From Candidatus Krumholzibacteriota bacterium (GTDB lineage Bacteria; Krumholzibacteriota; Krumholzibacteriia; JAJRXK01): 64,000 nt of DNA. The stretch spans positions 320,001 through 384,000 of the forward strand of contig CAVXTH010000005.1 in NCBI GenBank assembly GCA_963764625.1. The letters run 5' to 3'. This document shows, in pieces, positions 31,449 through 43,365 of the stretch (the first letter of the stretch is position 1; the number at the start of each line of letters is the position of its first letter). Position numbers and translations under genes: made by a program. A model generated the notes under the pieces. It made no database searches, had not been told where the DNA came from, and saw only the letters and a program-made list of their open reading frames with translations.

Positions 31449-33514
31449 CTACTTGGTCCAGCGGTCGATCCACCCGATCACTTCTTCGTGCCACTGGATG
31501 CTGTTCTGCGGCTTCTGCACCCAGTGGTTCTCGTCGGGGAAGTAGATGAACTTGCTGGGAATTCCCAGACGCTGGCAGGCGTTGAATCCGCCAAGGCCGC
31601 CGCTGAGTTCCACGCGATAATCGCGTCCGCCGTGAATGATGAGCATCGGGGTCTTCCAGTTCTGCACGAAGTTCACCGGGTTCTGCTTCTCGTAGTGCTC
31701 CGGATCGGTCCACGGCTTTCCCATGTGATCCCATTCAGGGAACCAGAGTTCTTCGGTCTGGTAGTACGCCGCACGCTCATCCAGATTGCCGTCGTGACTC
31801 ACCAGGCAAGTGAATCGATCCGGCCAGTTGCCGGCAATCCAGTTGATCATGTACCCACCGTAGCTGGCTCCCAGCGCCGCCACCTTGTCGCCGTTCATCC
31901 ATGGATAGCGCGCGAGCGTGGCGGCAAGGCCTTCCTTCAAGTCGGTCAGAGGCTTTCCGCCCCAGTCGCCACGAATGGCATCACAGAAGGCCTGCCCGTA
32001 GCCGGTACTTCCGTGGAAATCGACCATGACCGCGGCATACCCCGCGCCAGCGTAGGCCTGGGGATTCCAGCGGTAGTGGAAGTCGTTTCCAAAACTGCCC
32101 TGCGGTCCACCGTGGATGAGAAAGGCCACCGGATATTTCTTCGACTCGTCGAAGTTCGCCGGCTTGACGACATAGCAATAAACCTCGTCGCTGTCCGCAC
32201 CGGTGAAAGTGAACTGTTCGGGCTCACCCATAGCGGTCTGCGCGATTCTCGCATCGTTGATGTGGGTGATTCGCTTGTAGTTCTTTCCGTCGAGCTGAAT
32301 GGAATAGAGCTCCACCGGTGACTGCAAGTGGTCCAAGCCGAAGACGATGAGATCCTTGGCCAACACTGGACCACGCACGGTTCCCATCGAGTGCAGGAGC
32401 GTGTGCTTGCCGTTCTTCACATCGATTCTCCACAGAGCGACCTGACCCAGGTTCGCTCCATAGGCGTAGACGCTTTTACCCTTGGGCCCGAAGAGCAATC
32501 CACGGAAACTCCGATCGAAGTCCTGAGTGAGCGGGCGCGCTTGGCCCGCGCTCATGTTCGAACCGTTCCAGTCGCGCAGCACGATGCGCAGGCGATCCGA
32601 TTCGTATCCCGCGCGCTCCATGGCCAGATAGGCCAGGGTCTTTCCATCGGGCGAGAACACCGGCCCGGTGTCCCACGCGGGATTGTCGACCGTCAGGTTC
32701 TTTGGCGCTTGCGATCCGTCGATGGGCGCGACGTAGAGGTCGTAGTTCGTGGACCAGGCCTCTTCGCGTCCCGCGGTGCACATGGAGAACACCAGGGCCT
32801 TGCTGTCGGGGGTAAAGCGATCTCCTCGGGCCCGCCGAAGGGCTGGCTGGGGGTGTCTCCGTCGAGGGAGGCACTCACGTCGACGCTCGGTCCGTGCTCG
32901 ACCGAACGGGCGAAGAGGTGACTGCGGCGTCCGTCCTCCCAGGTGTCCCAGTGGCGGACGAAGAGGCGATCGTAGACACGTCCGGTGTAGGGACGATCCT
33001 CGATTTCCTTCAGCTTCTTCACGGTGCAATCCACGTCGGGGCAATCGACGAAGACCTCCATGGTGTAGGCGACGGTCTTGCCGTCGGGAGAGAGTTTGAG
33101 ATTGCCCACGTCGAGGGGTTCGTCGGTGACCGGCTCCGCCTCTCCCCCATGGGTCGCGATACGCCACACCTGACTCTTGCCGCTACGGGAGGACAAGAAG
33201 TAGATCCACTTCCCATCGGGTGACCAGAGGGGCGAAGTGTCGTTCTCGGGATTCGTGGTGAGCTGGCGTAAATTCGAACCGTCGAGGTTCACGGTCCACA
33301 GATCGCTACGTCCGCGGTTCGCCTCGAGGTCGGTGGTTCGGACCGAGAACGCCAAGGTGCTGCCGTCGGGCGAAGCCGCCGGGCTGCTGACTCGCTCCAT
33401 GGCCAGCATGTCGTGAACGCTGAAAGGATGAGTCTGTGCATCCTCTCCGCGGGCAGGAGTGAATCCCATGAATAGAATCATCATCGCCAAAACGAGGCGG
33501 CTCGTAGTACGCAC
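31449..33514 (-). CDS. Secreted S9 family peptidase (frameshift near 32820)
   Basis: Signal peptide, PD40-like repeats, IHGGPQ, GASYGG, GGRDYRV, DENHW. Confidence 0.93.
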
Positions 33515-33625
33515 CTTCAGCTCCCGAAGTGGTTGGAGAAAAGAGATCACTGATATACTCACGAGGAACCCGCGCAGACTAGAACGATCCACGAATTGGT
33601 TCAAGTACGCAGGCACGCCAGGGGC

Positions 33626-35705
33626 CTACATGGAGTCTCCCTCCGTCGTCTCGGGGCCCGGCTCCAGTTCGTACTCCAGCTGCGTGGGTGGCTCTGAGTG
33701 CGATCCTTCGCTCAGGTAGGCGGTGAGCCAGCGCAGCATCCTCAAATTGTAGTCGTAACGTGCTGCACACTTGCGATTGCCGTGACCTTCTCCGGGATAC
33801 AGAACGAGGCGCACCGGAGTCTCGGTTCTGGTCTTGATGTGGCGGTACAACTCACGAGCCTGCCCCACGTCGACCCGTGGATCGTCCTTGCCGTGCACGA
33901 TCAAGAGCGGCGTGCGGGCCTGTCCCGCGTAGTAGATCGGACTACGCTCGAGGAAAAGGTCCCAATTATCGAACGTTCGTTTGCGTTGATGAACCAGGAA
34001 CATCTCCTCGGGAATGTCGCTGGTACCGAACTTGGAGATCTCGTCGCTGATTCCGGCGAACATCACGCCGGCAGCAAATCGCTCGGTGTATCGGGTGCAG
34101 AGCCACGCCGTGGCATACCCTCCATACGAGCCTCCGGTCACCCCGACTCGGTCCTTGTCGACCAGACCGGTCTGGATGAGGTGATCGACCCCGTCGACGA
34201 GATCGTTGAACTCCGCGCCGGCAAAATCTCCGTGATCCGCCTTCGAGAAGGGCACCCCGTAGCCGGTGCTGCCCCGGTAATTCGCCATGAACACCGCCAT
34301 GTTACGCCCCGCCGCTACCTGCCCTGGATTCACATAGCGCGTCACCCATCCATTCAAGTGGTGGGACTCCGGCCCCCCGTGGACGTAGAGCACGAGCGGA
34401 TAGCGGTGCCCGGACTCCTCGTCCAGGGGATGAATGAGTACGCCCTCGATGTTCTGCCCATCACGCGCCGCGTAGTGAACGACCTCTTGCCGGGCGAGAT
34501 CGACCTCGTCGAGCCAGGAGTTTGAATGGCTCATCCGGGTTGGATTCTTGTGCTTGCGATCCATGACGAAGACTTCACGCGGATACTGGGGTGAGTCCCC
34601 CACGCAGGCGAGGGTATTCCCGTCGCTCGAAACCTGCACTCCTTGCAGAATGGGACCGCCCGTATCGACGAGCACCTTCGGCTTTCCCTCGAGATCAACT
34701 TCTCCCAGCTGCGTCCAAGCCCCGATTGAAGCGGTGTAGAGGACCTCGCTGGCGTTCTTCCAGGCAATCGAGTTCACTTCGCCCGTTTCGAAGAGCCCGG
34801 GAAGAAGATCACTGAACTCACCGGTATGCGTGTCAGCGAGCATCAACCGTCCGGGCGAAGGATCGTGAAGATCGATGCTGAGCAGCATGGCCAGGTGGCT
34901 TCCGTCCGGACTCCACTTTACCGCGCCGACCTTACCGGGATTCTCGACTTTCTGCAGGATCTTCCCCGTCCTTGCGTCGATGATGCGGATTTTCCGTTTC
35001 ATGTAATGGTCATCGATCAAGGGGGTGGGCGCGATCGCCACCGCCAGGCGTTCGTCCACCGGGCTGTAGCGCAAGAGAGAGGGATTCCCCTCGAGAGGCA
35101 ACATCGCGGCTGCTTGCGCTCCCGCCGCGGGATCGAAGTCGGCCACGTAGATGTGGGTGTACCGCAGATCCTCTTCGTAGATCTCGGGCGCGATACCCTC
35201 CTTCTTCAGTTCTTCCTTCCGCTTCGACTTCTCGTCTGCGGCTAGAAACGCCACGCGCGGCGTTCCCATTGAATGCGTATGACTGAATGTCGGTCTCGTG
35301 GGTGAGCACGCGATGGGCCTCTCCCCCGTCGAGCGCGATCGTGTAGAGACTCTTTGCCTCATCTCCCTCTCTCTTGGCGAGAAAGGCGATCTCGCTTCCG
35401 TTCAAAATCCAGCGCGGCTCAGCCACCCTCACCTTGCCCGCCACATAGGGACGCGAGCTCCCGTCACGCGTGTCGAGCACGTGCAGCTCGACCCATGCGG
35501 GTCCGTCTTCCTCCGCAAAGGGGACGCGTGGAACATCGAGCGTGTAGGCCACCCATATGCCGCTGGGCGAGACCTGCACCTCCCCCACCGTCTGCGTGCT
35601 GGCCACCTGCTCGGGAGTGAGCGGCTCGGCGATACCTGGCCCTGCCCAGGCGAGGAGAAGCAGCAGAGAAATCCACATCGCGGTTCGAACGGAAAACTGA
35701 CGCAT
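33626..35705 (-). CDS. Secreted S9 family peptidase (frameshift near 35260)
   Basis: Signal peptide MRQFSV...GIA, VHGGPE, GGSYGG, GKDDPRV, GEGHG. Confidence 0.93.
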
Positions 35706-35776
35706 GGCTCTCGAATTCCTTTCCTGGGTACGATGGAGGTAACGGGGCATAAGGTTATCACCGCAGGCGACGAGGC

Positions 35777-35796
35777 AAAAGCCCCCGGAAGGAGGC
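35777..35796 (-). terminator. Possible Rho-independent terminator
   Basis: GCCTCC-ttcc-GGGGGC-TTTT just after the probable decarboxylase stop. Confidence 0.5.
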
Positions 35797-35806
35797 CGGT
35801 GGAAAA

Positions 35807-37247
35807 TCACTGGTCGACCTGCCGTGTCCTGCAGCAAGCGCCAAGTCTGCCGAAGGTGGGTCCGGCGGGTCCTCAGATTGCCGATGGCCAGACGCAAAGC
35901 AAACGCGCCGCGTACGATGGTATGGGACAGAAAAGCCTGTCCCGAAGCGTTGACCGTCGAGAGAATGGACTGGTTGTGCGCTTCGAGCGCTCGTTCGTCC
36001 GTCATTCCATCGGGGTGGTGGCGAAAGAGCACGGTGCTCATGGGAGCCGGAGCGAGCTGTTCCCAGTCTCCGCCCCCTTGATCCACGATTGCAGCTCGCG
36101 GGCGAGCTGACGTGATACCGGATGCGCGCCGCGATCCCCTCGCTCCCGTAGGCCCGGATCACCATCCACAGTTTCAAGGAGCGGAAGCGTCGGCCCAATG
36201 CCGGCCCATAGTCACTGAGATTTCTGGCGATTTTGTCCTCTGGGGTTTCCAGATAAGAGGGGACCAACGAGAATGTCCTGCGAAGAGTCTCCGCATCTCT
36301 GCAGAAGAGAACGCTGCAATCCATCGGAACGAAGAGCCATTTGTGCGGATTCACCACGAGTGAATCAGCGTGTTCGCATCCATCCAGCACCCATCGGAAC
36401 TCCTCGACCACCCCCATCGCGCCTCCGTAGGCAGCGTCAACGTGGAGCCAGATTCCTCTCTTCCGACAAATCCGGCCATGGCGCCAACTGGATCGACGCT
36501 GGTGGTTCCTGTGGTTCCTACCGTGGCGACCACGGCCATGGGCAGAGAGCCTGCCTTGACGTCGCCCGCGATCGCCCTCTTCAACGCGTCCGGGCGCAGG
36601 CGGAACTCGTCATCGACTCCGATCTTGACCACGCTACTACTTCCCAGACCCAAGAGGAGTGCGGCCCTCTCCACCGAGGAGTGCGCCTCCTCGCTGCAAT
36701 AGACGCGCAACGGGGGAAAAGAACGCAGTCCTCGCTCACGCACTTCTCCATTCGTGGCCTGATGCCGCGCCGCCGCGAGGGCGGCGATGGTCGCCGTGCT
36801 GGCCGTATCGTGGATCATTCCGAAAAGGCCCGCGGGCAGACCCAACATCTGGCGCAGCCAATCACACGCCACCATCTCCATTTCAGTCGAGGCAGGGCCA
36901 CTTCTCCACACCATCGCATTGTTGTTGAGTGCAGCGGACAGGGTCTCCGCGATGATGCCCGGGCCGCTTCCCGTGTTGGCGAACCACGCGTGGAACGAAG
37001 GGTGATTCCAGTGGGTGGTGGCCGGAGGAACGAGGCGCGCGAAATCGGCGAGGATCTGTTCCATGTCCTGCGCGTGCGCAGGAGGCTTCGGGGAGAGCTG
37101 CCGCGCGAAGTCGCCGGGCTCGATCGACGGGAAGACGTCTTGCTGTTCGATCGTGGCCAGGTATTCGCCGACCCATTCGGCCGCGGCCTGCAGATGTCGA
37201 GTGATCTCTTCCGGGGAAAGATCGCCCAGGTGCTCGTCGCGTTCCAT
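35807..37247 (-). CDS. Group II PLP-dependent (aromatic-L-amino-acid-like) decarboxylase (frameshifted)
   Basis: THWNHP, SGPASTEME, AHSSVERA, GTTGTTSVDP, NPHKW, RRFRSLKLW, LRLAIGN; at least three frame changes. Confidence 0.92.
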
Positions 37248-37309
37248 CGAGTCTCGCCCCCCAAGAAACCGTGAGTGGATCTCGGGGGAATTGTGCACCG
37301 GTCCGGCAC

Positions 37310-37346
37310 AAAAGAAAAGGCCGGCCGGGCAATGCCCGGCCGGCCT
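37310..37346 (-). terminator. Rho-independent terminator
   Basis: 13-bp perfect stem AGGCCGGCCGGGC/GCCCGGCCGGCCT followed by TTTCTTTT, 21 nt after the stop at 37368. Confidence 0.9.
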
Positions 37347-37367
37347 CAGGAACCGAAGATGATCTAA

Positions 37368-40300
37368 TTACTTGATCAGAGCCATCTTCTTCACGACCTC
37401 CGAATTCATGGTCTTCACCTTGTAGAGGTAAATACCAGTGGAGACGGACGCGCCATGGGTGTCCTTGCCGTTCCAGATCACAGTGTGGTCTCCAGCATCC
37501 TGGATGCCGTCGGCCAGAGTCGTGACCAGTGCCCCATGCAAGTTGTACACCTTGATGCTGACCTGTCCTTTGATCGGCATCGAGTACTTGATGGTTGTGC
37601 TGGGGTTGAACGGATTCGGGTAGTTCTGGCTGACCACGAGCTTCTTGGGAAGCACGCCGGCGCCAGTCGCCGTTCCGGCAGACTTGCCGAACGAAGCGAG
37701 AATTTCACCCAACAGATAGGACCGAGCAGTGTTCGGACCCGTCGAGGAGGGATTCGTGAACTGATCGCGGATGAAGAGCGGATCGTACGGGAAGGTGATG
37801 TCCACCTTGCGGAATCCGTTCTCCGTGCGATCCCAGTAGATGCTCGCAGCGTGGGTCGTCGGATAGAACGTACCATTCGGCTGCGTGAACTCATGTCCAA
37901 CCACCGCACCGGAACCACCGACGGGCTCAATGACGTCCCAGTCATTGATCACGAGGCAGCCACCATAGGGGCTGAAGTTGGTCACAAAGTATCCACCAGG
38001 AACCGCGCCAGTCGGCTTCACGAGCGCGGCGGTCTGGTCATCGAGACCGATCGACGTGTTCATGTTGCCGTTGACGAACTGGACGCCCAGCACAGTCGCC
38101 AGGAAGCCAGTGTTCGTTTGATTGGCCATGGCCTGCGCGAAGTTCTCACCGAAGTAAGCCGAGAAGCGGTCGCCATCCTGGGCGTGCCAATCCGTCACCA
38201 AGCTGACGTCATCGGCCCAGTCATTAGCGTTCACTCCCTTGTTACCATTGCTCAGGGCAGGCTCGGTGAGATTGCCCAGGGTGTAGAACAAGCAGTCATA
38301 TCCGGCCAACTGGCCCGCGGTCGCGCCGTGCTCGCCGGCGGAACCCAGACCGTTACCCATACCGGAGGACGAACCCTTCGTGGTGTAGGTATCGAAGTCG
38401 CGGCCTTCCAACATTCCGTTCTGCGCGAACGCCAGAAGCATCTCTTCTTCGCCACCGCGGTGCTCGAAGTCGTTCCACCACAGCGCCGAGGGCTGACCGC
38501 CACCGCCATCGATGGTCGGCAGGGCCCGCATCTGGTAGGCACGCGGGTACGTCGTGTTTTCAGCGAAGTTCAGGAAGTCGCTGATATCAGCCACGGTCCG
38601 GCTCACACCGGGAGTAGGTGACTGATCGTCCTGGAATTCCAGGTAGTAGTGAACGACGTCACCGGGGAACACCAGCGAGTCTTCATCCGCGTGCTGGAAG
38701 AGGCCGTAGCCCAGACCATCAGGCAGATCGAAGAAGTAGGTGTCCGGCACCGGAGAGCCACTGACCGTGCTCTGCTGACCATCGACATCGTAGGTGTAGA
38801 TCGGCCAACCGCTGTGAGCGGTATCAGTGGAACTTCCAGCCAAGGTGTAGTTGTTCACAACAGCAGCACCGTTCGCACGCACCGTCTGGTTGAAAACGGG
38901 GTTCTGCAGCTGAGCCACGTACATCTTGCCGAAGTCCGGCAAGCTGGAGCCCGGAATGATGGTCTTCACGTTGACGGCCAAGGAGTCCTGCGGGACGTAG
39001 ATGGTCGTCGAGGCACCCGTACCACCGATGTTGGCACCGGGGTCGAAACGGACGGCCGAGGTGGTCGTACCGTTCGGCGGGAAAGCATCGTTGAAGAGGC
39101 TGTTACCGGGAACGGTGATGACCGGTCCACCAATCTCAAACCTCTTCACGTAGACGTTATCGAAGTCAGGAGCGGGCGTTGCGTCCCCGCTGGGAGACCC
39201 AGTGAACGCAACCGCCGCATCACGGCCCATGAACGCGATCTGGACGGAGTCGGCTCCAGTCGTGACTTTGTCCGTGATGTCCAGAACCACGTTCGCCCAG
39301 TCGTTGGAGGGATGGTAATAGTGGTAGGGGTCATCCTGCCACGGAGTCCAACCACCGGATACCGGATCATGGCTACGGATACTCCAGCGCCAGAAGATCC
39401 AGTTCGGGGAAAGAGGCAGATCCACCCAGTCGGTGAAGCCCATCCAGAACCCACCATTGGTGGCGGGCTGACCGGCAGCGATGTCGATGACCGGCGAGAT
39501 GAACTTGTTGTACACACCGCCGTCACCCGCGGGGAGAAGTCCGCCCTGGTACTCGAACACGGTGCCCGCGCCCGGACCAGAAGGAATCCCGTAGGAGGTG
39601 CTTCCCACCGAAGCGGGAACCGGCGTCGCGGAGTTGTTCACACCGCTACCGTCGTTGATGAACGACAGCATCGGGGTGTTGTTCTCACGACAGACATCGA
39701 TGTCGCCCTCGACGAAGGCCGCGATGATCTTCGAGAAGTCACCGTTGAAGGTGGAAGGAGTCGGCACCCAGCCAGCGGTTCCAGTAGCGGAACCGTTGTT
39801 GATACCACTGATGTCACCTTCGGGCTCGTCGACGATCGTGGCGCCCTCCCAGTCAGCGTTGCTGACCAGGTTGCCATCCACGTAGACATTGATGTCGTCG
39901 AGGAAAGCGCCACCGCGTCCGGCGGAGGGGCGACCATCTTCGTCCGACCAACCACTATCGGAATTCGCCGCGATACGCAGCTGGATGTGGTCGTGGCTAC
40001 TGCCATCAACAACGTAGTCAGCCGTGTGATAGACGATTCCGCCGGAGACACCGTCCTGCGCAGGATCGCTCGAATCGAAGTAGCGAGCCTTGTACTGCCA
40101 AGGCCGGAGTCCCTTGGTTGTCTAATCCGTAGGTCGAAACGTCGAGCGCAGCCACGGTGTTCCAGCCTGAGTCCGCCGAGTACCACTCGAACGTCAGGAA
40201 GTCACAGCAGGACTCCAGATCGGCCTTGTAGTATGCGGTAAACTGGACGGTGGCGTCCGCGCCGGACGTATGACTCGTGGTGCTCATGTCGAAGTCGAGA

Positions 40301-40827
40301 ATGAGCCAGTCCTTCCACAGGTTTCCGTAGCCGGTGTAGTCCACCGCGCTCGCGGGCTCGTGGTGAGCAGCGACAACCTGGTTGGGGTTCCCGGTTCCGG
40401 GATCAGGGAAGAGACTGTCGACAGCGACCCCTAACATCGTAGACCCACCATTGACGGTCGAACCATGCCAATGAACTGGCGGCTCGGTCAGGTCTTCCGA
40501 AGTCCATCCCTGCAGCTGCGGAGATCCGCCAGCCAGGAAGGTCTGAAACATGCCGTCCGGCCAGGGCGACGGAGACGCATGCGTGTTCGCGTTCGTAAAG
40601 GAGGCTGGCCCTCCGTAAATGTAGAAGGTGTCCGATCCGGCCTTCGCGAGGCCGTTATTGACACCCGAGTAAACTTTGGAAATCTGATTGCCATTCTGGT
40701 CCGCGTACTTCAGCGGCCCTTCGTGGTTCGTTGCCACGGGGCCGTTCCCCCCGTCGACGGCGAAAGCAGCGCTTACACCGAAGACAGCGAGGACGAGGCA
40801 CAACGCGAGAATGCTAGTTCTCTTCAT
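37368..40827 (-). CDS. Large (about 1150 aa) secreted protein with C-terminal FlgD-Ig/T9SS-like domain (one frameshift near 40110)
   Basis: Signal peptide MKRTSIL...AFA; DLESCCDF and SDSGWSDED motifs; QNYPNPFNPSTTI...WNGKD...STGIYLY. ORFs 40018..40908 and 37368..39881 join by one shift. Confidence 0.88.
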
Positions 40828-41149
40828 GCTTGGTCCCTCCCACGTTGATTTCTCAACGACGGTCTGGATTTCAAACTGAGTGAAAGCGTCATGATGCGAG
40901 CACGACACCCCACGATGAGAAGCACGGTCAATGGGCCCACGTTCCCCGCGGTTGGAACCGCGGGTTTCAAGGACGGGTATGGAGTCTAGCTCTTCCGAAA
41001 TGAAGCGCCTTTCTCCAGCGTCGAGTAAGGATCCGGCCTGAAAGAGTGGTGGAACGACATTTCAGGGAAAAACATACATCCCGTTCCATTTACCGTAATC
41101 GCCCCCTCCGAGATCACGGTGGGGACGAAGCTGCTGAGTCGCCGGATGA

Positions 41150-41179
41150 AGTATACCGCAAACCCTTGTGTCAATTCAA
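41150..41179 (-). promoter_or_regulatory. Candidate sigma70 promoter for the large secreted protein
   Basis: Minus strand TTGAAT-18 nt-TATACT; implies a leader of about 315 nt. Confidence 0.4.
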
Positions 41180-41310
41180 GCAAGAGAATTCCGCTGGCCC
41201 CACCAGGGCCTTTGAGGTATTCAATGGGGCAGGGCAAGGAGGAGGCAAATCTCATAGCTTCATACAATTCAAAGGATTAACTCATCACTCGAAACGGGGA
41301 GAACACTGGG

Positions 41311-43344
41311 ATGCAGCAGCAAGGGACCTTCGGCGTCATCGGGGCGGGTAACATGGGAAGCGGAATCGCTCAAAAATTGGCCACCGAGGGCTGCCGGGTG
41401 GTCCTGGTCGATCTGGACCGGGCCGCGGTCGAAGGGGGCATCGAGAGAATCCGAACCCTGCTGGGTGAAGCGGAGGAGCGCCGTATCTTCAGCAGCCAGG
41501 AGGTCAAGAGCATTCTGGATCGCATCCATCCCACCTGCCGAATCGAGGATTGCGCCGAGTGCGAACTGGTGATCGAAGCGGTGTTCGAGGACCTGGAGCT
41601 GAAACGCAAGCTCTTCGGGCAACTCGACCGGGCCTGCGGGTCCTCCACCCGCCTGGCCACCAACACCTCGTCCTTCTACGTGAAGGATCTCGCGGCCGCA
41701 ACGAAGCGAGGCGATCGCGTGATCGGGATGCACTTCTTCTACCACCCGGCCAAGAACCGCTTGGTCGAGGTCATTCCGCACTCGCAGACGAGCGAGGAGA
41801 CCAGAAGCTGGGCCTGGGGCTTCGCCGAGATGGTGGGCAAGACTCCCATCCACTCGGCCGACCGGCCCGGCTTCGTGGTAAACCGGTATTTCGTTCCCTG
41901 GCTCAACGAGGCGGTGCGCCTCCTCGAGGAAGAGGTGGCGTCCCTGGCCACCATCGAAGCCGCCAGCAAGAAGGCCTTCCGGATCGGCATGGGGCCCTTC
42001 GAACTCATGAACGTGACCGGGGTGCCCATCGCATGGCACGCAGCCACCACCCTGGGAAATGAACTCGGCCCCTTCTACCAGCCCACCACCATGCTCACCG
42101 CGCAAGGGGAGAGCGGCAAGAACTGGGATCTGGAAGGAGAGGTGGACGAGTCGAAGTTCGAAGCGGTGGCCAACCGGCTCCTGGGCGTCAGCTTTCAGAT
42201 CGCCGGCACCATGATCGACGAACGAGTGTGCAGCATAGAGGACTGCGACATCGGCGCCCGGGTGGGGTTGCGCTGGAGCGAGGGTCCTTTTCAGCTGATC
42301 AATCGCGATGGCCTGGACCGGGCGCGCGGGCGGGTCGAGGCTCTGGTCGAGCGGTATCCCGACCTGGGGATGCCCGCCATCTTGAAGCAAGCCAAGGGGC
42401 CGTTCAGCTTCGAATTGGTGAAGACGAAGGTGGAGGACGGGCTGGCCGAGATCACCCTGAATCGCCCCGACGCGCTCAATGCCCTGAACGAGGAAGTGGT
42501 GGCCCAGCTCTTCGAGGCCTTCGACGAAGTAGAGGGGCGCGACGACGTATCCACCATCGTTCTGAGAGGTGCGGGAAAGGCCTTCGTGGCCGGGGCAGAC
42601 ATCCGCTACTTCGTGAAGCGCATCGAGGCCAAGGACTTTCAAAGAATCCAGAAGTTCACCGAGAAGGGACAGGAGCTCTACCGGCGCATCGATGAGAGCG
42701 AAAAACTGATCATCGCGCGTCTGGATGGGCTCAGTCTGGGAGGAGGCAGCGAGCTCGCGCTATGCGCCGATTGGATTCTGGCGACCGAGAAGGGCAGCAT
42801 GGGGTTTCCCGAGACCGGGATCGGCATCTATCCCGGATTGGGAGGAACCCAGAGAACGCGGCGCAGGGTCGGCCCCGAACTGACGCGCTACCTCTTGCTC
42901 ACCGGCGATTCCGTGGACGCCCAAAGCGCCCTGGCCATGGGGCTCGTGGACGAGGTGGTTTCGATCGACCGGGTCTCCGAGCGAATCGCGGCCCTGCACG
43001 CGGCCGGCAAGTCCGCGCTGCCCGCTTCCGGGACGAACGCGAAGCTGACGCCACGGCTTGCGGCCCTGCGCGATTTCTTCGGCGAAGCGGATCTCGAAGC
43101 GATGCTCGCCGGCGAAGCGCCGGCCCAGGATCCCGCGGTGGAAAAGGCCGCGGCCAAAGTAGCCCGTAAAGCGCCGCTCGCCTGCCGGGCAGTCGATGCC
43201 CTCATCGAGCAGGGGCAGGAAGCGGGGCTCGACGCTGGACTCGCCGCGGAGCTGGCCCACCTGGAGGAGATCTTCCGCAGCAAAGACGCCTACGAAGGCC
43301 TCAGCTCGCTGGGCAAAAGGCGTCCCGAGTTCAAGGGGCGCTGA
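41311..43344 (+). CDS. 3-hydroxyacyl-CoA dehydrogenase / enoyl-CoA hydratase fusion
   Basis: GAGNMGSGIA, NTSS, GMHFF, PGFVVNR, then LNRPDALNAL, AFVAGADI, GGGSELAL, PETGIG. Confidence 0.95.
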   Translation: MQQQGTFGVIGAGNMGSGIAQKLATEGCRVVLVDLDRAAVEGGIERIRTLLGEAEERRIFSSQEVKSILDRIHPTCRIEDCAECELVIEAVFEDLELKRKLFGQLDRACGSSTRLATNTSSFYVKDLAAATKRGDRVIGMHFFYHPAKNRLVEVIPHSQTSEETRSWAWGFAEMVGKTPIHSADRPGFVVNRYFVPWLNEAVRLLEEEVASLATIEAASKKAFRIGMGPFELMNVTGVPIAWHAATTLGNELGPFYQPTTMLTAQGESGKNWDLEGEVDESKFEAVANRLLGVSFQIAGTMIDERVCSIEDCDIGARVGLRWSEGPFQLINRDGLDRARGRVEALVERYPDLGMPAILKQAKGPFSFELVKTKVEDGLAEITLNRPDALNALNEEVVAQLFEAFDEVEGRDDVSTIVLRGAGKAFVAGADIRYFVKRIEAKDFQRIQKFTEKGQELYRRIDESEKLIIARLDGLSLGGGSELALCADWILATEKGSMGFPETGIGIYPGLGGTQRTRRRVGPELTRYLLLTGDSVDAQSALAMGLVDEVVSIDRVSERIAALHAAGKSALPASGTNAKLTPRLAALRDFFGEADLEAMLAGEAPAQDPAVEKAAAKVARKAPLACRAVDALIEQGQEAGLDAGLAAELAHLEEIFRSKDAYEGLSSLGKRRPEFKGR

Positions 43345-43365
43345 GCTTCCCCAACGAGCGCGGGA

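Noticed and set aside
35010-36086. Apparent in-frame fusion of the decarboxylase C-terminus to the S9 peptidase
   Set aside because: A TGA at 35807-35809 in an adjacent frame, a terminator-like hairpin and a separate signal peptide indicate two genes plus an indel.
38649-40241. Long antisense ORFs (also 41269..42642, 43399..44553, 59798..61117, 4109..5323)
   Set aside because: Shadow ORFs expected opposite high-GC genes with strong codon bias; no motifs or RBS.
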